Below are positions 1 through 15,643 of a stretch of DNA of 64,000 nt, piece by piece. The translations under genes and the position numbers were made by a program. Source of the stretch: Anaeromyxobacteraceae bacterium (GTDB lineage Bacteria; Myxococcota; Myxococcia; Myxococcales; Anaeromyxobacteraceae). Under the pieces are notes generated by a model that saw only the letters and a list, made by a program, of their open reading frames with translations, did not search any database and was not told the origin of the DNA. Every line of letters begins with the position of its first letter. The first letter of the stretch is position 1. The DNA is taken from assembly GCA_047602405.1 (NCBI GenBank), contig JASGHJ010000002.1, positions 2,400,001 through 2,464,000 on the forward strand, written 5' to 3'.

Positions 1-1
1 G

Positions 2-5335
<5,334 letters not shown>

Positions 5336-5344
5336 CCGGCGACC

Positions 5345-5953
5345 TCACCCCTCCCGCCTCACCACCGCGAGCGCCGCCCGGAACCCGGGCGCGACGTCGA
5401 GATCGAACACGTCCGCCTCGTCCTCCGGCGGGGGCCCCGCGCCGAGGCCGAGGCCGAGGGCCTTCACGAGGGCCTCGGTGCGCGTCCAGGCGCGCAGGAA
5501 CGCGTCGCCGCGGCCGGCGCCGGCCGCGCGCCAGGCGGCGAGCTCGCGCGGGCCGAGCACGCGGGCGGCGATCGCGTCGGCCTCGGGCACCTCCCGGACG
5601 CGCTCGAGGTCCACGCCGAGCGCGCGCCCGCGGCCGACGCCGAGGAGCGCGAGCCCGTCGGCGCGGGAGAGGCTGAACGGAGGGCCGCCGGCGACGCGGG
5701 GCTTCCCGCCCGGCGCGGGCTCGATCGCGAGCGCCTCCGGGGCGACCCCGGCGCGGCCGGCCACGACGAGCCGGAGCGCGGCGCGCCCGGTGACGAAGCG
5801 CTCGCGATCGCGCGCCTGCAGGAAGCGATCGGCCCTCGCCCGCTCCTCCCCGGAGAGGAGGGCGGCGAGGGCCGGATCCGCGCCGTCGAGCTCGACGATG
5901 AAGAGGTCGACCCCGGCGACCGTCCCCGCGGGCTGGATCGCCGGGGCGCGCAC
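5345..5953 (-). CDS. 4'-phosphopantetheinyl transferase (Sfp type)
   Basis: LSGEERARADRF, GKP, FSLSR, LGVDLE and WTRTEALVKA motifs; convergent with the NRPS. Confidence 0.9.
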   Translation of the reverse strand: MRAPAIQPAGTVAGVDLFIVELDGADPALAALLSGEERARADRFLQARDRERFVTGRAALRLVVAGRAGVAPEALAIEPAPGGKPRVAGGPPFSLSRADGLALLGVGRGRALGVDLERVREVPEADAIAARVLGPRELAAWRAAGAGRGDAFLRAWTRTEALVKALGLGLGAGPPPEDEADVFDLDVAPGFRAALAVVRREG

Positions 5954-5973
5954 CCCCAGAGCCTAGCCGGCGG

Positions 5974-6796
5974 CTACGGGTAGAGCGACTTCGCGCCGCT
6001 CTTGTCGAGCGAGGTGAGGACGAGGTCGCCGGTCTGCGTGCCGTTGCACTGGGGGTAGTGCATCACCGACTTCGAGTCGTAGGACGTAAGGGCACGCCAG
6101 TTGTTGTCCTCGAAGCAGGTGCCCGACTGCGGGCGGGTGTGCTCGTGGCGGAAGCCGATGGTGTGGCCGAGCTCGTGGCGCAGCACGCCGGTGAGCGTCC
6201 AGGGGGAGATGTTGCCGAAGGACGAGGTGGAGATCAGGATTCTCGCGGCCGCTGCGGCTCGTGGACGGGAAGAACGCCCGCGCGAGGTACTGGCTGGTGC
6301 TGACCTGCCGGACGTTGAAGACGACGTTCGAGTTGCTGCGGGTGCAGCTCGAGTCGTACTGCGACAGGTGCACGAAGTTCACTCGGGCGGTGCCTTCCCA
6401 GGCGGAGGTGGCGCTGTTCATCGCGTTCACCACGGCGGCGTACCGGCTCCCGAAGCTCGAGCTCGAGACGCAGTAGGTGATGTTGACGGCGGCGGTCGAG
6501 CTCCACCGGTCGTCCCGGCCGTTCACGAGGTTCACGATGAGCGGAGCCTCGGACGTGCGCAGGTCGCTCGAAGCGCCCGCGAGGTACCGCTCGTAGCCCT
6601 GCGCGAGGAGCTCCTCGTTCTCGAAGAGCTCGTCGCCGTTGAACACGTACATCCCGGTGTCGGGCTCCTGGTACGCCCGGGCCTTGAACTCGCTCCAGGA
6701 GAGCGGCGCGCCCGAGGAGGCGCCGTCGTCGGGAGCCCCGCATCCGGCGAGGAGGGCCATCGCCGCCACCACGTACCGCAGACGTCCATGGGTCAT
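5974..6796 (-). CDS. M57-like (HELGH) zinc metalloprotease lipoprotein with an apparent +1 frameshift at ~6240
   Basis: Lipobox LLAGC, YLARAFFP, then LRHELGHTIGFRHEH and DSKSVMHY in the next frame. Removing one base from GATTC (6238-6242) joins the frames (…GREILIST…). Confidence 0.85.
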
Positions 6797-6947
6797 GTTC
6801 GTCGGTCCCCTGGCCGCTCCCCGGCGGCCTTCACCGAGCGTGCGAAGGCACGCCCGCGAGCCGGACAGTCTGGCGAACCGGCGTTGCGTTCTGCAAGGCA
6901 CGCCCTGACAGGGGGCCCGCCCGTTCCGGGCGGTACGACGCCGTGCG

Positions 6948-8165
6948 ATGCTCGACTCCGTGCGGCACGCCTCGCCCTTCCTCTGTGCCCTGCTCCTCGC
7001 CTGCGGCGCCGCCACCGCGCCGCCCGACCCGGCCTGCGCGGGTGTGGCGTGCTCGGGCCACGGCACCTGCGCGGCCGTGGGCGGCGCCCCGACCTGCCGC
7101 TGCGACCCCGGCTGGGCGCGGGACGGCGCGACCGCCTGCGTCGCGAGCCAGGTCCCGTCGGTCGGCGGCTGCCCGCTCCTGCCGGCGGACCACGTCTTCA
7201 ACACCCCGGTCGACGGCCTGCCGGTGCACCCGTCCTCCGCCGCGTTCATGGCCACCCTCGGCGCGCACACCGTGCACCTCGACCTCGGCCAGACCACGGA
7301 CCCTCGGAGCGACACCTACTACGGCATCCCGTACAACGTCGTGCACGGGGGCGCGCTCACCTGGAGCGCCGTCGCCTTCCACACCGCCGACACCTCCATG
7401 ACCTGGGATCCGCGGGACGAGAGCGACTGCGCCGCGGGGCCGACCCACGCGATCGTGTCCCCGTGCACCGCCGCGGCGGCGCCGGCGCCGCTCTTCCCGG
7501 TGCCGGCCGCCCCGCTCGTGGAGGGCGGCCTCGTGACCGACCCCGCGCAGCCCTACGGCGACCACCACCTGCTCGTCGTCGACGCGGACGCGTGCCGCCT
7601 CTGGGAGGCCTACCACGTGTACCCGCGCGCCGGCGGCGGCTGGGACCTCTTCGGAATCGCCACGTTCGACCTCGCCTCGAACGCGCTGCGCCCCCGGGGC
7701 TGGACCTCCGCGGACGCCGCCGGGTTCCCGATCCTCCCGCTCCTCCTCCGCGCCGACGAGGCCGCCTCGGGCGAGATCCGGCACGCGCTCAGGTTCACGA
7801 TCCCCTCGGACCAGATCCGCGTCGCGTACACCTGGCCCGCGCGCCACCTGACCTCGAACGGCACGGGCTCCGCCTCGCTGCCGCCCATGGGCCAGCCCTT
7901 CCGCCTGAAGGCGAGCTTCGCGATCCCGGCCGGCTGGTCGACCCAGTCCCGCGCGATCGCCCAGGCCATGAAGACCTACGGGCTCTACCTCGCCGACGGC
8001 GGCTCGGCGCTGTACGTGCAGGGCGAGCCGAGCGCGGCCTGGGACGATCGGATCTTCGGCGAGGTGCAGTCGATCCCGTCGAGCGCGTTCGAGGCGGTGG
8101 ACCTCGGGCCGTGGACGGCGCGCGCGGGGTTCGATCCGGACTCGGCCCGGGTGCCGCCGCCGTAG
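6948..8165 (+). CDS. Putative lipoprotein with an N-terminal EGF-like Cys module and a conserved domain of unknown function
   Basis: Lipobox LLLAC; CSGHGTC…CRCDPGW…C EGF-like pattern; GDHHLLVVD, WTSADAAG.PI and IRHALRFT motifs. Confidence 0.75.
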   Translation: MLDSVRHASPFLCALLLACGAATAPPDPACAGVACSGHGTCAAVGGAPTCRCDPGWARDGATACVASQVPSVGGCPLLPADHVFNTPVDGLPVHPSSAAFMATLGAHTVHLDLGQTTDPRSDTYYGIPYNVVHGGALTWSAVAFHTADTSMTWDPRDESDCAAGPTHAIVSPCTAAAAPAPLFPVPAAPLVEGGLVTDPAQPYGDHHLLVVDADACRLWEAYHVYPRAGGGWDLFGIATFDLASNALRPRGWTSADAAGFPILPLLLRADEAASGEIRHALRFTIPSDQIRVAYTWPARHLTSNGTGSASLPPMGQPFRLKASFAIPAGWSTQSRAIAQAMKTYGLYLADGGSALYVQGEPSAAWDDRIFGEVQSIPSSAFEAVDLGPWTARAGFDPDSARVPPP

Positions 8166-8225
8166 GGGGCCCCGTGGCGCGGGCGCGTCCGGGCCGCTAC
8201 CATCCTCGGACCCCGAGTACCCGGA

Positions 8226-10208
8226 GTGACGATGCCCCCTGCCCTCCTCCGCCTCGCGCCGCTCGCCGGCGCGCTGCTGGCCTCCTCGACGCTGGCGGCC
8301 GCGCCCGGCCCCGCCACCCCGGCCCGGGCAGCCGCGCCCGAGCCCCGGTACGGCGAGGTGCCCGAGAAGTTCACGCCGCCGGCCGCGCTCCTCGACCACG
8401 AGCGCCGCACGGTCGACATCCCGATGCGGGACGGTGTGAAGCTCCACACGGTCATCCTGCTCCCGAGGGGCGCCCGGGGCCGGCCCATCCTCCTCACGCG
8501 CACGCCCTACGACGCGGAGAAGATGACGCGCCACACGCCGAGCGTGCACCTCGGCCCGGTGCTCGCCGGCTACGACCACGTCACCGACGTCATCGTGGAG
8601 GGCGGCTACATCCGCGTCGTGCAGGACGTCCGCGGCAAGCACGGCTCGGAGGGCGACTACGTGATGAACCGGCCGCTCCGGGGGCCGCTCAACCCGACCG
8701 CGACCGACCACGCGACGGACACCTGGGACACCATCGACTGGCTCGTGAAGAACGTGCCCGAGTCGAACGGCCGGGTGGGCATCATCGGCATCTCGTACGA
8801 CGGCTTCACGCCGCTCATGGCGCTCGTCGACCCGCACCCGGCCCTCAAGGTGTCGGTGCCGATGAACCCGATGGTCGACGGCTGGATGGGCGACGACTGG
8901 TTCCACCACGGCGCCTTCCGCCAGACGATGGCGTCGTACGTCCACGACCAGCAGGCCAGCCGCAAGAACGACTTCGAGTGGCCCTCGACGCACGCGGACG
9001 AGTACGAGGAGTACCTCGCGGCGGGGTCGGCGGGTGCGCTCGGGCGCCTGCACGGCCTCGAGCAGGTCGGCTTCTGGCGGAAGTTCCTCGAGCACCCGGC
9101 CTACGACGCCTTCTGGCAGGCCCAGGCCATGGACCGGGTGCTCGGGGCCCGGCCGCTCACGGTCCCGACGCTCGTGGTCCACAGCCTGTGGGACCAGGAG
9201 GACGTCTACGGCGCGCCCGCCGTGTACGCCGCGCTGGCGGCGAAGGACCCGGGCCACGAGCAGGTGTTCCTCGTGATGGGGCCCTGGCACCACGGCCAGG
9301 CGCTGCGCGACGGCTCGAAGCTCGGGGCGATCGAGTTCGGCAGCGACACCGCGCTGTACTTCCGCCAGAGGATCCTCCGCCCGTTCCTCGATCAGCACCT
9401 CGTGGAGGGCGCGCCCAGGGCGCGGCTCGCCCCGGTGACCGCGTTCGAGACCGGCACGAACCGCTGGGTCGAGCTGCCGGGCTGGCCCTCGGGCTGCGCG
9501 AGCGGGTGCAAGATCGAGCCGGCGCGGCTCTACCTCGGCGCGGGCCTCGCCGCCGGGTTCGCCGCGCCGAAGGCCGCCGACGCGCCGTTCGACGCCTACG
9601 TCTCCGATCCCGCGAAGCCGGTGCCGTACCGGCCGCGCCCCATCGCCCAGCACTCGGAGGCCGCCAGCGAGGGCTGGCGCACCTGGCTCGTCGCCGATCA
9701 GCGGGAGGCCGCGGGCCGGACCGACGTGCTCGCCTTCGTCTCGGAGCCGCTCGCCGCGCCGGTCCACGTCGCGGGCGCGCCACGGGTGAACCTCGTGGCC
9801 TCGACGTCCGGCACCGACGCCGACTGGGTGGTGAAGCTCGTCGACGTCTACCCGCCCGAGGTCGCGTGGAAGCCGCACCTCGGCGGCTACCAGCTCATGG
9901 TCTCCGGCGACATCTTCCGCGGGCGCTACCGCGAGTCCTACGAGGCGCCGCGCCCGATCGCGGCGGGGAAGCCGCTCCCCTACCGCTTCGCGCTGCCGGC
10001 CGCGAACCACGTCTTCCTGCCCGGGCACCGGATCATGGTCCAGGTGCAGTCGAGCTGGTTCCCGCTCTACGACCGGAACCCGCAGACCTTCGTCCCGAGC
10101 CTGTTCGACACGAAGCCCGGCGACTACGTCAAGGCCGAGCAGCGGGTCTGGCACGCGCCCGGGAAGGAGAGCTTCGTCGAGCTGCCCATCGTGAAGGAGG
10201 CGCCGTGA
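8226..10208 (+). CDS. CocE/NonD family hydrolase (alpha-amino acid ester hydrolase-like), secreted
   Basis: Signal peptide; IPMRDGVKLHT, RTPY, QDVRG, GISYDG nucleophile elbow, GPWHHG, QVQSSWFPLYDRNPQ. Confidence 0.92.
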   Translation: MTMPPALLRLAPLAGALLASSTLAAAPGPATPARAAAPEPRYGEVPEKFTPPAALLDHERRTVDIPMRDGVKLHTVILLPRGARGRPILLTRTPYDAEKMTRHTPSVHLGPVLAGYDHVTDVIVEGGYIRVVQDVRGKHGSEGDYVMNRPLRGPLNPTATDHATDTWDTIDWLVKNVPESNGRVGIIGISYDGFTPLMALVDPHPALKVSVPMNPMVDGWMGDDWFHHGAFRQTMASYVHDQQASRKNDFEWPSTHADEYEEYLAAGSAGALGRLHGLEQVGFWRKFLEHPAYDAFWQAQAMDRVLGARPLTVPTLVVHSLWDQEDVYGAPAVYAALAAKDPGHEQVFLVMGPWHHGQALRDGSKLGAIEFGSDTALYFRQRILRPFLDQHLVEGAPRARLAPVTAFETGTNRWVELPGWPSGCASGCKIEPARLYLGAGLAAGFAAPKAADAPFDAYVSDPAKPVPYRPRPIAQHSEAASEGWRTWLVADQREAAGRTDVLAFVSEPLAAPVHVAGAPRVNLVASTSGTDADWVVKLVDVYPPEVAWKPHLGGYQLMVSGDIFRGRYRESYEAPRPIAAGKPLPYRFALPAANHVFLPGHRIMVQVQSSWFPLYDRNPQTFVPSLFDTKPGDYVKAEQRVWHAPGKESFVELPIVKEAP

Positions 10209-11488
10209 CCCACACCGCCGCGGCCCGCTTCGCGCTCGCCGCCGTCGTCGTCTCCGGCGCGGGCGCCACCCTCGCCGCCCCGCCGCTCGCCGTCACCTGC
10301 GGGAAGCTCCTCGACCCCGCCCGGCGGGAGGTGCGCACGAACGTCACGGTGAACCTCGCCGACGGGGCGGTGGTGACGCGGGCGCTGGACGGTGCCCGCG
10401 CGCTCGACCTCACCCGCTTCACCTGCCTGCCCGGCCTCATCGACGCGCACACGCACCTCCTCCTGCAGGGCGACGTGACCGCGGCGGACTACGACGAGCA
10501 GGTGCTGAAGGAGTCGGTGCCCTACCGGACGCTCCGCGCCGCCGCCGCGGCCCGCATCGCGCTCTCCCATGGGTTCACGACCGTGCGCGACCTCGGGACC
10601 GAGGGCGCCGGCTTCGCCGACGTGGACCTGCGCACCGCGTTCGACCGGGGCGTGCTCGAGGGGCCGCGGGTCTTCGCCTCCGGCCCCGCCATGAGCGTGA
10701 CCGGCGGCTACGGCCTCCTCGGCTACGCCTGGGAGCGCAAGATGCCCGACGGCGTCCTCAAGTGCGACGGCGCCGACGAGTGCCGCAAGGCGGTCCGGTT
10801 CCAGGTCGAGAAGGGCGTGGACTGGATCAAGGTCTACGCGGACCGCTCCTACCGCCGCACGCCGGACGGCGGCTGGACCTCGATCGCGAACTTCACGCCG
10901 GAGGAGCTGAAGGCGATCGTCGACGAGGCCCACAAGCTCCGGAAGAAGGTGGCCGCGCACTCCATGACGCCGGTCGGCCACAGGGCCGCGCTCGCCGCGG
11001 GCGTCGACTCGCTCGAGCACGGCGACGTCCTCGACGCCGAGACGCTGAAGGTCATGGTGGCGCGGAAGGTCCCCTACTGCCCGACGCTCACCGTCTCCGA
11101 CGAGGTCGACGCGCCGCGCTCGAAGGAGAACCCGATCTGGGGCCAGCTCGCGGTGGCGATGCAGGCCTCGATGAAGGCCGCGGTCGCCGCAGGCGCCCCG
11201 ATCGCGTTCGGCACCGACGCGGGCGGGTTCGACTGGGGCCGGCGTCACCAGGCCGAGGAGTTCGGGTTCATGGTGAAGTTCGGCGTGCCGCCCTGGGACG
11301 CCCTCCGCGCCGCCACCACGGTCGCCGCCGACCTGCTCGGTCCCGTCCCCGCGGGCCGGCTCGGCTGCCTCGATCCGGGCTGCGTCGCGGACCTCGTCGC
11401 GGTCGAGGGGGATCCGCTCGCCGACCCCAAGGCCTACCAGGCGGTCCGCGCGGTCGTGAGCCGGGGCAAGGTCATCGTCGCCCCTTGA
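10205..11488 (+). CDS. Metal-dependent amidohydrolase (Xaa-Pro dipeptidase-like)
   Basis: GTG start overlaps the upstream stop; PGLIDAHTH, GFTTVRDLG, WIKVY, VAAHS, SLEHG, FGTDAG. Confidence 0.9.
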   Translation: MTHTAAARFALAAVVVSGAGATLAAPPLAVTCGKLLDPARREVRTNVTVNLADGAVVTRALDGARALDLTRFTCLPGLIDAHTHLLLQGDVTAADYDEQVLKESVPYRTLRAAAAARIALSHGFTTVRDLGTEGAGFADVDLRTAFDRGVLEGPRVFASGPAMSVTGGYGLLGYAWERKMPDGVLKCDGADECRKAVRFQVEKGVDWIKVYADRSYRRTPDGGWTSIANFTPEELKAIVDEAHKLRKKVAAHSMTPVGHRAALAAGVDSLEHGDVLDAETLKVMVARKVPYCPTLTVSDEVDAPRSKENPIWGQLAVAMQASMKAAVAAGAPIAFGTDAGGFDWGRRHQAEEFGFMVKFGVPPWDALRAATTVAADLLGPVPAGRLGCLDPGCVADLVAVEGDPLADPKAYQAVRAVVSRGKVIVAP

Positions 11489-11537
11489 GGTCCGCTCGTC
11501 CGGTCGCCCCGGACTCGATGGCGGTGCGGTTGCGTGG

Positions 11538-12219
11538 GGGCGAAACGCGCCTCCGCGACGCCGGCCGGCTACGTCGGTCCGTGTATGGTGCAGATGGCCG
11601 GAACCGGGGCCGCTGCGATCGTCCAGGCCGCGGCAGGCCTGCGGTTGAGATGCGCGTGACGGCGTCTTGCGCTGCGCGCAAGGCGCCGTCACACGCCCAC
11701 ATCCCTTGGCCTGCAATCGCTAGGATCCTGGGGACGTGGAGAGCCCACCTCCGCCGGCCGGCGCTGCGGAGACGCGCTTCGCCCTCGGGCGTAGTGAACG
11801 TTGATGGGCCGATACTGCTGGGTGGTGAGTATTGAACTACCGGTAAACACGATGAGGCTGTCGGGAGCCGTTGGCCTGAACCTGCGGATGAGGCAGCAGG
11901 TTGCCCACGCCCAACGTTAGTCGCTCACCAGCACCCAGCAGTCACGGCCGATCACCGTTCACTACGCCCGAGAGCCAAACGGGCCTCCGCAGCAGCGCGC
12001 AGCGAGCGACGGGCGAGGTTCCGTCTCCACATCGGGGCAATGCAGGCCAAGCGACGAGGGCGTGTGACGGCGACGTGCGCGAAGCGCACGGCGTCGTCAC
12101 GCGCAACTCGCGTGCAGGCCTGCTGCCACGATCACCGCCATGGAACGGCAACGGTTCCGGCGATCTCTTCCGTCTCAAACCCGTCCGAGCAAGCGCTGTC
12201 GCGGAGGCCCGTTTGGCTC
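11538..12219. repeat. Large non-coding nested inverted repeat: two ~247-nt self-complementary arms in inverted orientation joined by a central stem (structured RNA or MITE-like element)
   Basis: Perfect 17-bp IR CTCGGGCGTAGTGAACG (11784-11800) / CGTTCACTACGCCCGAG (11956-11972). Arm-closing stems 11538-11569/11753-11784 and 11972-11998/12193-12219. Internal hairpins 11652-11696 and 12060-12104. Confidence 0.85.
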
Positions 12220-12286
12220 CTGCGGCACCGTATGCCGACGGAGGAGCGCACGAACGCGTATGTCGAGGGAGGAGGTCCCGCGCGCC

Positions 12287-13072
12287 TCAGGGCTTCACGA
12301 AGCGCAGCGCGAACCGATCCCCCGTGCCGCGCCGCTCGGCCGCCGCGCGCGGGGAGGTGTTCCAGTCGCGGGTGTCGTCCTTGTTGCGGAGGAAGTCGCC
12401 CTCGCCCGCGAGCCTGAAGCCCGCGGCGCCGACCTCCTCCTTCACGAGTGCCTCGTCGACGCGGTGGAGCGTCTGCGCGTCGGCGGTGCCGGTGCCCGGG
12501 CGCGCGGAGGAGTCGATGACCACGAACGTGCCGCCCGGCCTGAGCGCCGCGAGGACGGCGCGGTTCATGGCGGCGCGGTCCACCTTCATCCAGACGGTGT
12601 CGTGGTAGAGCGCGTTCATCACGACGAGGTCGAGCCCGGTCGCCTCCGGCGGCAGGGGCGCGTCGAACTCACGGTCGACCCGCACCACCTTCGCGTTCAC
12701 CGGGCGCTCGAGCCGCGCCTTCCAGGCGTCGCCCACGAAGCCGAGGAGCCCGGCCGAGTTCTGGGCGTAGACGACGCCCGTCGGCCCGACGGCGCGCGCG
12801 AGCAGCTCGGTCGTGTACCCGCCGCCCGCGCCCAGCTCGGCGACCTTCATGCCCGGCCGGACCTGCAGGAACGCGAGGGTCGCGGCGGGGTGCCGGCCGG
12901 CGTCGAGCGCACGGTCGGCCTCGGTGCGGTCGGGCGCCGCGACGACGGCGGCGTAGGGGTCGGGTGCCGCGCGGGTGGCCAGGGCGGCCGGCGCGGCGGC
13001 CGGCTTCGAGCCCCCGGCGGCGCAGGCGGAGGCGAGGACGGCGGCGGCGAGCGAGAGCGGTCGGACGTTCAT
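12287..13072 (-). CDS. Class I SAM-dependent methyltransferase, predicted lipoprotein
   Basis: Lipobox LASAC; DRALDAGRHP, ELGAGGGYTT, ALRPGG, FLRNKDD…DRFALRFVKP. Confidence 0.85.
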   Translation of the reverse strand: MNVRPLSLAAAVLASACAAGGSKPAAAPAALATRAAPDPYAAVVAAPDRTEADRALDAGRHPAATLAFLQVRPGMKVAELGAGGGYTTELLARAVGPTGVVYAQNSAGLLGFVGDAWKARLERPVNAKVVRVDREFDAPLPPEATGLDLVVMNALYHDTVWMKVDRAAMNRAVLAALRPGGTFVVIDSSARPGTGTADAQTLHRVDEALVKEEVGAAGFRLAGEGDFLRNKDDTRDWNTSPRAAAERRGTGDRFALRFVKP

Positions 13073-13227
13073 GGAGGGTCTCCTCGGGAGGGTGAACTTC
13101 TTGCGGTGAGGGGAGTCGGCCGCAACCCGCTCGCGCGTCCCGTCGGGGCCGCGGCGTCCCGTGCACCGGTCCGGGCCTCTGACGGGTGTAAGCTCCGGTC
13201 CACTCGGGAGTCCCCTTGACCGGTCCC

Positions 13228-15528
13228 ATGGATCGCCGCGACGAACCCTCGATGCGCAGCATCGTGGAGGCGATCCCGCACATGGTGTGGATCGCCGGCC
13301 CGGACGGCGCGAACCTCTACAACAGCCCGAGCCTGCTCGCGTACACCGGCCTGACCGACGCCGACGTGGCGCGGGACGGCTGGACCCGGACGATCCACCC
13401 CGACGACCTCACGGGCGCCGTCGCCTTCTGGCAGGAGCGCGTGGGGACCGGCGGGCCCGGCACCCGGGTGCATCGCATCCGCCGTCAAGACGGCGCGTTC
13501 CGCTGGTGCCAGGTGGCGGCGGCGCCCCTTCGCGGCCCGGACGGCGCCGTGCTCCGCTGGATCGGCACCTGGACCGACGTGCACGACGCGAAGCTCGCGG
13601 AGGAGGCGCTCCGGGCGAGCGAGGCGAAGCTCCGGCTCGCGAAGGACGCCGCGCACATGGGCGCGTGGGAGTGGGACCTCGCCACCGGCGCCCGCACGTT
13701 CTCCGGCCGCTGCCGCGCGCTCTTCGCGCTGCCGGCGGGCGGCGAGGTCGACGAGGCGGAGCTCCTCCCGGCGGTCCACCCGGACGACCGCGTCCGGTAC
13801 GCCGACGCCCTCGCGCGGGCGGTACGCGAGCACGCGCCGGTGCTGATCGAGGTGCGGGTTCCCGGGGCCGGCGCCGAGCCGCGCGTGGTCGAGCTGCGCG
13901 GGCAGGCGTTCTTCCGGCCGGACGGGACTGCCGAGCGCGTGGCCGGCATGGCGCTCGACGTCACCGAGCGCCGCCGCATCGAGGACGCCCTGCGGGCGAG
14001 CGAGCGCGACGCGCGGCGCCGGTCGGCGGAGCTCGAGGCGGTGCTCGACGCCGTCCCCGCCGCGGTCTTCATCACCCGCGACCCGGCCGCGCGGTTCATC
14101 GAGGCGAACGCCGCCGGCCGCGAGCTCATCGCCATCCCGCCGGGCGCGAACGCGTCCTTGGGCGCGCCGGCCGAGGAGCGCCCGGCCTTCGTGGCCCTCA
14201 AGGACGGCGTGCCGCTCACGCTCGACCAGATGCCGATGCAGGCCGCCGCGCGCTTCGGCGTGAGCGTGTCGGGCTTCGAGTACGACGTCCTGCGGCCGGA
14301 CGGGACGGTGCGGCACGTCATCGCGAACGCGCGGCCGATCGTGGACTCCGCCGGCGAGCGGCAGGGCGCGGTCGGGGCGATCGTCGACGTGACGGAGCAG
14401 AAGCAGGCGACCGAGGCGCTCCGCCGCTCCGACCAGCGCAAGAGCGACTTCCTCGCGGTGCTCTCCCACGAGCTGCGCAACCCGCTCGCGCCCATCCGCA
14501 ACGCGGTCTACCTCCTCGAGCGCGCCGAACCCGGGAGCCCGCAGGCCGTCCGGGCGAAGGACGTGATCCGGCGCCAGAGCGATCACCTCGCGAAGCTCGT
14601 CGACGACCTCCTCGACCTCTCCCGCGTCGACCACGGCAAGATCCGCCTCGACCGAAAGCCGATCGACGGCGCCGAGGTGATCCGTCGCGCCGCCGAGGAC
14701 GCCCGCCCCGGCTTCGACGCCCGCGGGGTGGCCCTGCGCGTCTCCGCGCCCGAGGGGCCCGCGATCCTGATCGCCGACCCGGTGCGCCTCGCGCAGATCG
14801 CCGGCAACCTCCTCGGGAACGCGCTCAAGTTCACCCCGCCCGGCGGCGCGGTCGACGTCGAGGTCCGGACCGGGCGCGGGAACCTCGAGCTCGTCGTCCG
14901 CGACACCGGCGTCGGCATCGAGCCCGACCTCCTCGAGCGCGTGTTCGAGCCCTTCGCCCAGGCCGAGCGCGCCCGCTCGACCGGCCACGGCGGCCTCGGG
15001 ATCGGCCTCGCGCTCGTGCGGAGCCTCGCCGTGCTGCACGGGGGCATGGCGGTGGCGCGGGCGCCGGCGTCCGGCCGCGGGGCCGAGCTCGTCGTCACGC
15101 TGCCGCTCGGCGCGGGCAACCCCGCCGAGGCGGCCGCCCCGAGCCCCGCGCCGGGGCAGGGCCTCTCGATCCTGATCGTCGAGGACAACGCCGACGCCGG
15201 CGAGACGCTCGCCGATCTCCTCCGCCTGCAGGGCCACCGGACCCGCCTCGCCGCCGACGGCGGCAGCGCCCTCGTGGAGTTCGGGGCGTCCCGGCCGGAC
15301 GTCCTCATCAGCGACGTCGGCCTGCCCGACATGGACGGGTACGAGGTGATCCGCCGGGTGCGGGCGCTCGAGGGCGGCCGGGCGACCTACGCGGTGGCGC
15401 TCACCGGCTTCGCGCAGCCGGAGGACGTGCGGCGCGCCCGCGAGGCCGGGTTCGACGCCCACCTGGCGAAGCCGCCGCCCCTCGACGACCTCGAGCGCCT
15501 GCTCGCCGACGCCGCGCGGGCGCGCTGA
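13228..15528 (+). CDS. Hybrid sensor histidine kinase/response regulator with three PAS domains
   Basis: IHPDD PAS motifs; [12 protein letters not shown]-box; NALKFT, DTGVGI, GLGIGL; receiver IVEDN…[10 protein letters not shown]…KP. A TTG at 13216 is an alternative start. Confidence 0.93.
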   Translation: MDRRDEPSMRSIVEAIPHMVWIAGPDGANLYNSPSLLAYTGLTDADVARDGWTRTIHPDDLTGAVAFWQERVGTGGPGTRVHRIRRQDGAFRWCQVAAAPLRGPDGAVLRWIGTWTDVHDAKLAEEALRASEAKLRLAKDAAHMGAWEWDLATGARTFSGRCRALFALPAGGEVDEAELLPAVHPDDRVRYADALARAVREHAPVLIEVRVPGAGAEPRVVELRGQAFFRPDGTAERVAGMALDVTERRRIEDALRASERDARRRSAELEAVLDAVPAAVFITRDPAARFIEANAAGRELIAIPPGANASLGAPAEERPAFVALKDGVPLTLDQMPMQAAARFGVSVSGFEYDVLRPDGTVRHVIANARPIVDSAGERQGAVGAIVDVTEQKQATEALRRSDQRKSDFLAVLSHELRNPLAPIRNAVYLLERAEPGSPQAVRAKDVIRRQSDHLAKLVDDLLDLSRVDHGKIRLDRKPIDGAEVIRRAAEDARPGFDARGVALRVSAPEGPAILIADPVRLAQIAGNLLGNALKFTPPGGAVDVEVRTGRGNLELVVRDTGVGIEPDLLERVFEPFAQAERARSTGHGGLGIGLALVRSLAVLHGGMAVARAPASGRGAELVVTLPLGAGNPAEAAAPSPAPGQGLSILIVEDNADAGETLADLLRLQGHRTRLAADGGSALVEFGASRPDVLISDVGLPDMDGYEVIRRVRALEGGRATYAVALTGFAQPEDVRRAREAGFDAHLAKPPPLDDLERLLADAARAR

Positions 15529-15643
15529 GGCCGCCGGGGCGTGCGCGCAGCGCACCGGGCACGCGGGGCAGCAAAGGAACGTGCACCCGGCCCGGATCGC
15601 GCTAGGATGCGCCGCTCGAAACGCCTCAACGGAGCCACCCAGG

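Noticed and set aside
6101..11488. 1795-aa ORF
   Set aside because: Arg/Pro-rich shadow frame over real genes; only 10205-11488 is the amidohydrolase.
11909..11922. Integron attC-like GCCCAAC/GTTAG
   Set aside because: No properly paired R''/R' boxes, no cassette ORF and no integrase in the window.
11901..12608. ORFs across the palindromic region (11901-12608, 12040-12417, 11472-11702)
   Set aside because: Atypical codon usage and no motifs; their mutual similarity just reflects the inverted repeat.
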